Translations under genes and position numbers: made by a program
Notes under the pieces: generated by a model
What the model saw: the letters and a program-made list of their open reading frames with translations, nothing else
What the model was told of the DNA's origin: nothing
Databases searched by the model: none
Shown here: piece after piece, positions 16,001 to 28,000 of the stretch
How positions within the stretch are numbered: position 1 is the first letter of the stretch
Layout of the letters: every line of letters begins with the position of its first letter
IMG/VR virus record: IMGVR_UViG_3300020395_000007
Span: 1 to 60,735 of that record
Length of the DNA: 60,735 nucleotides
From: a virus
Taxonomy: Duplodnaviria; Caudoviricetes
Reading direction: 5' to 3' (one strand)

Positions 16001-19000
16001 TCACAAAGGTTAATGAGGGTGCATTTAAGCTCTCTCAGGTCGGTGTAGGAGGTACTTATGCCAACTATTATTATAATACAAATCAATATCTAGATTTATC
16101 ATCTGTTGGTGTAGGAACTCATTTATTTAATTATCCAGAGATTAAAGTTAAGTTAACTACATCTGGATTTACTACTACAGCATATGAAGCACAAGTTCAA
16201 CCAATAGTTAGAGGAGAACTTACGTCAGTTCAATTATCTAATAATGGAGTTGGATATGGATCATCTGATATTATTAATCTAGAAAAACAACCACTAGTAA
16301 CATTAGTTGGAGGCACAAATGCTCAAATAGAAGCAGTTGTTAATAATGGTAGTATTGTTGATATTTTAATTAAAAATCCAGGTAAAGATTATACTTCGGT
16401 TGATTTAGATATAATAGGAAATGGAAGTGGTGCTATTTTAACACCAATTATTACTAATGGATCTATAACTTCTATTAATATTGTTGAGGGTGGTGTAAAT
16501 TATGTTCAGGGTAGTACTTATATTAATATAATTCCTGCAGGTAGTGGTGCTAATTTTAGGTCTAATTTACAGTCTTGGAATGTTAATTTAGTTAGTAGAA
16601 ATATTAATAAATTTACAGTCGATGATGGATATTTGGTAGATGGGATTAATTCAGAAGAAACACTTCAATATTCTCATTTATATGCTCCAAGAAAATTAAG
16701 AGAAAGGGTATTCTCTGTTGATCAGGTTGGTAGGACAATGTATGGCAGCTATGATCTGTCTAAAGACCTTGGTGGTAATGAAAATACTTCTTCACAACAT
16801 TCTCCTATTATTGGATGGGCATATGACGGCAATCCAATTTATGGTCCTTATGGTTATATAACAAAAGCTGGTGGAATAATTGCTCAGATGAAATCTGGGT
16901 ATAATAGTAGAGATGCAGTATCATTAGCAAATAGACCTCCATTTGCACCTGAAGGATTTTTTGTAGAAGATTATAAGTACCAAAAGGTCTCGGATGAAAC
17001 AGTTCTTGATGAAAATAATGGTAGATTTTGCGTAACTCCTGAATTTCCAGAAGGTGTTTATGCATATTTTGCAACAGTTGAGGAAGATATTGCAACTTCT
17101 GGTCAATTTGTTGGATATAAGCAACCTTCATTCCCTTATTTAATTGGTGATAAATTTAAGTCAAAACCCAATGAATTTAATTTTGATAAGAAGTCTAATC
17201 AAGATGAATATGATATTTCTGAATCTAATTGGGTAAGAAACACGACTCCAAATAATTTACATGAAGAAGGTATAGATTATGGATATATTTCTTTACCAAA
17301 TGAACTAAAACAAACTGTAGATATTACAGGTGTTGCTCCAGGTAGAATAGAATCTATTGGAATTGAAACAGGTGGTAAAGATTATAGTGTAGGTGATACA
17401 ATTCGTTTTGATAATTTAGGTACAAAAGGATCAGGAGCTTCTGCCAGAGTTACTATGGTAGAAGGTAAGAGATTTGATACTATTAGTGTTGCTACTTCAA
17501 CAATTACAGATTGTGAAATATATCCATCAAATTCTTATGAAATACTTACTAATGAACCTCATAACTTCTTAAATGGTAACTTAGTAAGTGTTACTGGTTT
17601 ATCTACTACATCCTCTGGTATAGAAGGAGTATATCCTATAAAAGTTGAAACAGGATCATTTACTTTAGTTGGATTGGGAACAACAGTTTCTGGTGCTTCT
17701 GATATAGAGATAACTGGAATTATTACTTACTTTAATGCTAGAGGTAATTTTGATTGGGTGAGTATTAATGATACTTTTGAGGTTGGTGATAATGCAGGAT
17801 TTTTCGATCAACCAGAAAGGATTCAAGTACTTAATAAGGATGAAAGATCTTCTAGAATACGGGTTTTAAGAAATGTTAATGTAGATCCTGGTCTTTCTAC
17901 AAATTCTTCACTTCAGACTAATACTCCGATTGTAGAAGAATCAAAGAAATTCACTATACCTGCAGGGTTAAGTACTACGTTTACAGGTAAAAAGAATACT
18001 CAATATTATTTTGATCCTGCAGAAAGTGTTGGGTTTGGTCTTACTATTGGATTAACTCATACTGCACATATTAATAATCCAGGAGCAGGAGCATCTATAT
18101 TAAATATCGCAACAAGATCTATTTACTTACCAGCACATAAATTAAGTACTGGTGATGAAGTAACATATTCTCCTTCACTTCCTATGTTTGAGGGTGTAGA
18201 GGGAATTGGTATTGCTACGGTTGGTGTTATAACAGCAGGTTATTATAATGTATCAACTCCTAGTCCTCTAGAAGATGGTAAAAAATTATTTGTTGCAAAG
18301 ATAAATGAGAACTTAATTGGTTTATCTACTGTTAGGGTAGGTATTGGTAGCACAGGCACTTTCCAAGGTCTTGCAGACGCATATAAGGACTCTACAACAC
18401 TACTATTCACTGCACCTTCTAATCCATTTGAGGCTCATAGTTTTAAGACAAATTACGAACCAATTACTGCAACTGTAACTAGACATTTAACAACTGCTGC
18501 ATTACAAGAAGATCATGGTTTATCAAATGGTGATGAAGTAATTGTTAATGTAAATCCAGGTGTTGCATCTACTTATTTTGTTAAGTATAATGATTTTAAT
18601 AGAAGACTTATTGTTAATGAAGTAGAATTTGCAGATACTGATGTTAATATTGAAAAAGATTCAATTACAATAAAAAATCATGGATTTGTAACCGAACAAA
18701 AGGTTGTTTATACTGCTATAAGTCCTGCTGGTGGATTAGAGAACAATAGAATATATTATCTCTATGTTCAAGATGCTGATACAATTAAATTATGTCCTAC
18801 TCTTTGGGAAGCACAACAATTTAAACCTAATTTTGTTAATATTACAAGTGCAACTGCTGGAAATATTGGACCAATAAATCCACCACTTAAAGGATATAAA
18901 GATTCTACACTTGTATTTGATGTTGGAGATTCTAGTTTAGCATTTATAAGAGATTCTCAACCATACTCAGCATTTGAGCTTGATTTCTTTACTGATAATA

Positions 19001-22000
19001 ATTTTACTGAATCTTGGAATAATAGAGTTACTGATATTGTTAGAAATGGAATAGCTGGTATAAACTCAACTGCTACTGTTACTATAACAATAGATAAGTA
19101 TTCTCCAGATTCACTTTATTATAATTTAACTCCATTATATGAAACAGATCTTCCACCAGTTAAAGAAGAAATTCAACCTGATAAGGAAGTATTTGATAGC
19201 AATAAAATAGAAGTTAAGGATAGTTTCTTTAGTGGAAGAAGAATAGTTGCTATTGCGGATACTAATAAATTTGATTTTACGGTTGGTTCATTACCTGAAG
19301 TAACATCATATAAGAATGAAAATCCAGAATTATCGTATAAAACATCATCAAGAAGTGCTGTTGGTGCTATTGCTGAAATTAATATTGTAAATGGTGGTGC
19401 TAATTACTATTCATTACCTGGAATTACTTCAGTTGCATCAATTACTGGTAGTGGTGCAATAGTTAATCCAATTAGTACTTCTATTGGTCAAATTAAGACT
19501 ACTAAAGTTAATGATATTGGATTTGATTTCCCATCAGATAATACTTTAAGACCAACTACAAACTTACCTCAAACATTATTCTTAAATTCACTTTCTAGAA
19601 TAGAATCTGTTGGTATTACTTCTGTAGGTAATGGATATATTAAAGCACCTACTTTATTAGTTTTTGATGGATCAACTAAGGAAAGAGTTGATGATATTGA
19701 ATTAAAATATAAATTAGGGGATGATCAGGTATCAGTAATTAAAAATAAGTCTAATGTTAGTCCTGTTCCTCCAATAATTTTACCGATTAATAATACTAAT
19801 GGAATTGGTATTGCTACTATAGGATTTACTACAGCAACTAAAGAAGTTGTAATTGGATTTAATACTGGATTTAGTGATGTATTTCCTTTTGATATTGGAA
19901 CCCAGTTCTTAATTGAGAATGTTAGTGTTGGTATTGGATCTACTGGATTTGGATTTAACTCATCAGCATATGACTATAAGATGTTTACTGTCAGTAAGAC
20001 TACTCCAAATCTTGGTGGTATTGGATCTATATTCTTCAATTTAGAAGGAATGTTACCTTCTGGACAGGAACCAGGACAATATGATCCAATTAATTCTGTT
20101 GGTAGAGTAATTCCAGAAAGAGATTTTCCAATATTTGATGTTACACTAAAGAATAATGATTTCTTTAGTAATGAAGTTTTAACATCACCTAGTGCAACTG
20201 GTACTGTAGAATCCTGGAATCCCATTACTGGAGTATTAAAAGTTGTTTCTAATGATAAATTTGTTACTAATGAGTTAGTTACTGGTGCATCTTCTGCTGC
20301 ATCTGGAATTACGTCTTCTATAAGAACATTTGATTCTAGTATAAATTTGGATGTTTCCTCAAAAATATCCAGTGGATGGGAATCTAATTCTGGGTTCTTA
20401 GATGATAATCAGCAGAGATTGCAAGATAGTCTATATTATCAGAATTTCTCATATTCATTAAAATCTAGAATTGCTTATGATACCTGGCAAGATGTAGTAT
20501 CAACATTAAACCATACATTAGGATTTAAGAAATATTCTGATTATGAAGTAATTTCCGATTCTTCATTACCTGAAGGTGGATCTGGGTATTATATTAAAGG
20601 TGGTGGATCAGGTGTTGAAAATCATGTACCTGCATCTATGGTTATTGGTGTAACTACTGCTCTTACATATTCTGATGTGATATCAGAGTGTATTGGAGTT
20701 GGTAACTTAAATTGTGTTCATGATTTTGATTTAGTAAGTGAAAATGCATTACAAATTGGTAATAGCACTTTATCTAATGAAATAAGATTTACAAGTAAAA
20801 CACTTACTGACTATTTTGAGTCTATTGGTAATAGGGTTCTTTCTATTGATGATATAAGTCCTACATTTAATAGTAATCCTAGACCTACTCCATTCAGTGT
20901 AGTAAGTAACTTTACATTATCAGATGTAAGAGCACAGAAGTATATTACTTACGTTAGAGATAAGAGATATCTTGATGAAAGACAAATTATGATTGTTGAT
21001 ATTGTTAATGACAACTACAATGCTTATATCAGTCAATATGCAAGAGTAGAAACTGAATATGATCTTGGAACGTTTGATTTCACAGTACAGGGAACTGATG
21101 GACAGTTATTATTCTATCCAACAAGAAGTACTGTAAATGATTTTGATATTACATGCTTATCTTACAATATTGATGATAATTTAGCAGGAATTGGTACAAC
21201 TCAGTTTGGAAAAACTGCAATTCGTACTGGTAGTTTTGATATTTCTGGTGGAACTACTACTATTGCTTCATGGTATCAAGATAATCAAAATGCTGGAAAA
21301 CTTCTTGTTGAGATTACGGGATCTAGTAATGAATACGAGATGGATGAAATTAACTGGATTACCACTCCATCTCAACAGAATGTTAATGGTACTTCTACTA
21401 TTGATATAATCGACTATCCTCAAATAACCACTGATGTTGGGGAAGTTGCTAGTGCTGGTATGGGAACATACTGGGCGTATAAAGATGGTACTCAATTAAA
21501 GATCGACTTTATTCCACATCCTGCAACTAATAGATTATTTACAGTAGAACCTTCTGAAGTTAATGATACTGATGACACAATCACTATGATAAATCATAGA
21601 TTGTCAACAGGATCTGGATTAAAGTATACGGAAGGTGCATTACCGATTGGTGGTCTTACTAGTGGTACAACTTATTATGTTATTAATGTAAGTGAAGATC
21701 TTATCCAATTAGCAACAACTGAAGAGAATGCAAAAGAAAATATACCGATAGATCTTACAACTTCAGGAACAGGACAGCAGTTCTTTAGAGTTCTTACAGT
21801 ACTTAATGTAATTATTAAAGAACTTTATTCTGGTCAAAATCAACAACATATTGGTATAGGTAATACAGTCAATATGAAACATGCTCGATTAGAGAGTAAT
21901 ACAATTGGTATAGCTGCTAACGCAACACCAGTATCTCATCTAATTTGTAGATATGAAACCCAAATAGATGCTAATACTGATGGTTATGATGGTGCATATT

Positions 22001-25000
22001 TGATGATAAATGTAGAAACTGGTACTACTGGTAATACAAATAACGGAACTGCTGAAAGATATTTCAGTGAGCGTATGATTATTGATGATTATAATGAAGG
22101 ATTACAAACTGGTGAAGTATATGAAGCAGAATGGGGAGTTTTAACTTATAACGAATCTCCTAATCATTCTGGATTAGGTACATTTGGTTATGAACTTGTT
22201 AAGAATCCAGGTGGAACTTCTTATGTAGAAGTGAGATTTACTCCTCCTGCAATGAAAGCATCTTCAGTAACTTATATGATGAATGCCCTTAAGGTTCAGG
22301 ATGATTTACAGGATCAAATTACTTTTGATAATGCACTAATTCAATCTGAATCTAGTACTTATGAAGGTACGCATAGTGATATTAAGAGAGCATTTAATCT
22401 AACACATAATAATTATCCTATTTTCGAGAGAGAATTTGATGGAAGTGATACTGAAATTATTAGTATTTTAGATAATACAATTAAGTTACCTAATCATTAC
22501 TTTGTTACTGGCGAAAAACTTACATATGAACCTATTGGATTAGGAAGTAGTACTAATATTGGTATTGCTACTGAAACTATCCCTGGTATTGGTCAGACTG
22601 ATAGACTTCCTCGTACAGTTTATGCTGTTAAGGTTGATGAGGAGAAAATTAAATTAGCATCAACAGCAGAGAATGCACTTTTAGGTACACCAGAAATTCT
22701 TGATATTACCAGTGTTGGTATTGGTACAACAATGAAATTTGTTACTGAAAGGCAGAATACAAAGGTTCTTGTTGCTCTTGATAATATTATTCAATCTCCA
22801 GTTGTATCTACAGCACTAACAACTCATTTAGAACAACAATTATTTACTACAGATAACTTAGTGCAGGTTGGTAGTATTACTTCTATATTTGGTGGAGATT
22901 TAATTAAGATTGGTGATGAGATAATGAAGGTAGAGGGTGTAGGTATTGGAACTGCTAATGGAATAAGAGTACGTAGACCTTGGTTGGGTACTAAAGTTGG
23001 TTATGCAGCAACTAGTGCATTAGTAACTAAAGTACAGGGTAATTATAATATCGTAGATAATGTTCTTAACTTTGTAGAAGCACCTTATGGTAATGTGCCA
23101 TTTAGTTCTACAACAAATGAACCTGATGAGAGAGATTGGGTAGGTATTGAGACAGGATCAAGTTTCCAAGGAAGATCCTTTATGCGTTCAGGTATTCCTG
23201 ATACATCATCAGAAGCATATAGTAATAATTTTATTTTTGATGATATTTCTTCTAATTTTGATGCAATTGATAGTACATTTACATTAAAAACAGAAGGAAA
23301 TAACTTTACTGGAGTTGAACAGGACAATGCTATTGTTCTTATTAATGATATTTTCCAGGAACCAGGATTGGTTGGTGATTACTTCTTAGAAGAAAGTGCA
23401 GGTATTACGTCTGTTACTTTTGTTGGTACTGCAAGAACTATTACTAATGATGTTGGTATTTCTTCCTTCCCAAGAGGTGGTGTAATCGTCTCAGTTGGAT
23501 CTAAAGCAGGGTTAGGTTATCAACCATTAGTTGTTGCTGGTGGAACCGCTAATGTTTCTATTGCAGGAACAATTGGATCAGTAAGTATTGGTAATAGTGG
23601 ATCTGGTTATAGAGTTGGAATTCAGACAGTTGTTAATGTTGGAGTTGTAACTACCCCTAATATTCCAAATAAGGTTGTTAGTATTGGTACAGCGACAATT
23701 TCTGATGGACATGTTACTGGAATAAATGTCACCAATGAGCAAGTTTTCCATGCTCCAAGTGAAATTCAGAATGTTACTTACACAAGAACTAATGGTGTAA
23801 CTACAGTAACTACAATTAATCCTCATGGATTATCTGAATCTGAAATGGTTGTTCTTTCTGGAATAGCATTTACTTGTGATTATGCACCAGCAGTTAGCAT
23901 ATATGGTGCAGAATATGATAATACAACTGGTATAATGACTGTAATGACTGCCACTTCTCATGGAATAGGTAGTGACAAACAGGTTATATTTACTGGATTA
24001 GGAATGACTTGTGGTATGGATAATGGTGCTACAACTCATATCTATCCAAGAGGAAAGGATATTGCTTATAACAGACCAATTACAATATTGGATGATGGAG
24101 CACATTACACGGTAAGTAATGCAACATATGATCCATATACTGGTAAAATGTCAGTTACTACCAGTACTAATCACGGATTTACTAATAATGACTTTATTAA
24201 ATTTAAGGAAAATTCAATATCCTTTAGATGCAATAAAGATGATTTTGAGACCGTTCATTCTTATCCAAGAAAAGGTGATTATTCAATTGATAGGTGGTTA
24301 AAGATTTCTAATGTATCTGCTAATGGTTTTGATGTTTATGTTTTAGATTTCACTGAAAGACCTTCATCAAATACAACTATTCATGTATTCCATTCTGCAC
24401 TTGAGGGTGGATTAATCCATAACAATGGTAAGATAACTGTTGATGTAGGTGCAGCAGGTGCTAGTGATCAATATGCTCATACCTGGGCAGGTGGTAATGC
24501 GGTTGATGCAATTAAGACTGGTGGTGATCATACTCATAGATTTGTTAGTGCTACATCTGGTGCAGTTATTAAGGGTGGTGATTATAACCATACTTTCTCA
24601 AGTGCTTCTGATGGTGGAGTTAGTGTAACTGGAATAGGAACTACAACTCCTACTGATGCAACTTATGATGCAGAAAAAGGAGAATTAGTACTAACCATTC
24701 CTAATCATGGACTTACTGTTGATGATACTATTACATTTAATCCTGATGCTATTACATTTACATGTGAAATGGATGGGAATACTACAAAACATTCTTATCC
24801 AAGAACAACAGACCCAGTAGCAGGAATAGCAACTGCAATTGTTGGAACAAGTCAGCATACAGTTACTGTTAATGTCGGTACATCACCTCTTGTTAAGTAT
24901 GATGTTTCAGATGCAACTTATACAGGATCTACTGGAGAATTAGTATTAACTATTGAAAATCATTCATTACGTGGATCTTCTACATTTACTATTAGTAATG

Positions 25001-28000
25001 CAGAATATGATCCAATTTCTGGAATTATGACTATGACATCTGCATTTCATGGTTTATCTACTGGAGATAGGATTAAAATTGCAGATAATGCAATAACATT
25101 CCGTTGTGATCAAGATGGATATAATTCAGATCATTCATATCCAAGAGCAGCAGTTCATAAAGGTAGTGGAGTTGTAGAACCAGATCCTGCACACGATAAG
25201 TGGTTACCAGTTTCTAAGGTAGATGAAAATAAATTTGCTGTTAGAGTTGTAGATAATGTTCCTTCTTCTAATGTAACAACTCATGTATATCAAACTTCTA
25301 CTCCTAATGGAATAACAAAAGCAGGTGAATCTGTTAGAATTGCTAAAGATAGTTTGACATTTACTTGTTCAATGGATGATTATGTAAGTCCACATAGTTA
25401 TCCAAGAGGAACAGATCCAATATATGAAACATCAGTTTCTGTTGCTTCAACAACTAATAATACAGTTACATTGAATGTTGGAGTTAGTACTTCTGTAAAT
25501 TATACAGTAACTAATGCAGATTACACTGCATCTACTGGTATTATGACAATGACTCTTAGTGAGCCTCATTCATTAACTACTGGTACAAATATTGGTATTA
25601 CTACCGAATCTTTAACATTTACATGTACTAAGGATGGGAATGCAACACAGCATAAGTATCCAAGAAAACCAGATCCTACTTATAATGGGGTAGATGTTAT
25701 TGATATTGGTAATTTAGTTCAGAAGGATGTAACTAATGCAACTTACATACCATCAAATGGTAATTTGGTTTTAACAATTGGTTCTAATCATGGATTAAAG
25801 ATTGGTGATGCTGTTAAGATTAAGACTGATTCCTTAGCATTTACTTGTGCTATGGATAGTGATTCATCTACTCACACATATCCAAGAGTAACAGATCCTA
25901 TACATGATAAGTTTGTTACTATTTCTAGTGCTAATCAATCTGCAGGTACAATTACATTACCTGTTGGAACAACTCCAGAAGTAAGTCATGATGTAACAGA
26001 TGCAACTTATAATCCAGATTCTGGTGAAATGGAGTTAACAATTGGTCTCCATACTCTAACTGAAGGTACAAGTATTAGACTTGTCGCTAATTCATTAAAC
26101 TTCTCATGTAATAATGCTGGAGTTCAGAACAGAACATATCCTCGTGCATCTGGTGCTAACACATCTGGTGGTGCTGATTATGCATATAATACTTCACTAG
26201 AAATTCTAGCAGTTACTACGACTACTATTCTGATTAATGTTAATGGTGGTCAAGGTGCTATTAGTCATAATTATCCTCATACCTTCATTAGTGCTACTCC
26301 TGGTGCAGTTAAGAGTGGTGGTAACTATAACCACACTTATGTTGGTGGAACAGTAGCAAATGCTGTTAGTGTTGGATCTACAGTACTTTCAGTTAATATT
26401 GGAGTCTCTACTGTACCAACATTCTATAAGTCTGGTGGAGTTGTTCAGCAAGCAATTGTTGCACCTAGAGCAAAGAATCTTTCTCCTAGTGGCGTTGACC
26501 CTGCTGTTGATGGTAGTGTAGTTGTTAAGGTACTTGATAGTACATCATTTGAGGTTAATAGTGGATTATCAACACGTCATCACTTATATGCAAGAGGTGG
26601 TAAAGTTGATCCATTCTTAGATGTTGTAATTGATGAACCACTTTCATACTCTAATGTTCCATTAGTTTATAGTGGATCTGCTCCTGCAGGTGTTGGAACA
26701 TATGCTACTGCAGATATCATTGTTGGGCAAGGTTCTAGTGTTATTAGTTTCTCTATTAATAATAGTGGATATAGTTATGGTGTTGGTGAAACATTAACTG
26801 TTTCTTCTGGTGGTACTTTAGGTATTCCAACGACATCTGACTTTGATGAATTCCAACTCACTGTTCAGGATATATTCACTGACGAATTTAACGGTTGGTC
26901 AATGGGTATGTTACAGACATTAGATAATGTAGATCATTTATTTGATTCTAAGAGAGTTACGTTCCCAATAAAGGTTGGTGGTAATATTATTGCTATTAAA
27001 TCTTCAGAAGGTTCTAATATCAATGTTGAAGATACTCTATTAGTATTTGTTAATGATATATTACAAGTTCCTGGTAAAGGATTTAGATTTGATGGCGGTA
27101 GTGTAATTACCTTCGGTGAAGCACCTAAGAAAGGTGACACTTCTAAGATTTTATTCTATAAAGGAAGTGGTGATGTTGATGTGGTCTTTAGAAATATCAT
27201 TGATACAGTTAAACGTGGTGATTCCTTACAGATTGAAAATGATCCTGAAAAAGATCAACCCTATTATATGACTGAAGATGAAAGAATTGCTACTCAAATA
27301 ATATCAATTGATACTGCCCAAACAGATCCATATCCAGGTCCAGGTAATACTGATGATGCTAATTTATTAAGACCAGTCATATGGTGTCGTCAAACTGAAG
27401 ATATGATTATTGATGAAACACAAGTTGGTAAGGCAAGAGAATTGTATGAACCTGTTATTTCTCCAACTGCTTATGTAACTAGACCAATTTCTGCTGGATC
27501 TACTGAGGTTTATGTTGATAATTTGAGACCATTATTTGATGGTAAGAATGAGAACAATGTTGATCCATACTTATTATTCCAGAAGAAAGTCACTTTTGTT
27601 GATATGGAGACTCAAATTGGAGCATCTGCAACAGCAACACTTTCTGGTGATGGAATAATTTCAGTAACTGTTACTGATGGTGGTGTTGGTTATTCAACTA
27701 CTCCAACAGTTTCTATACAGAATCCTATTGGAATTGGTTCTACTGCTCTTGCTACTGCGACAATTAATAATACTGGATCTGTTTCTGGAGTTACTGTTTC
27801 TTATGCTGGTACTGGATACAACTCTATACCACAAGTTCTTATAGCACCTCCAACACTATCTGAAGAAACAAAACCAATTAATTGGTTTGCAGGTGATTCA
27901 GGAACAATTGTTGGATTTGGTACTACAACTAAGGCTAATAGTGATTATCTAATGTTTGATTTCCATATACCATTAGAATCTGATTTACGTGATGGATCTT

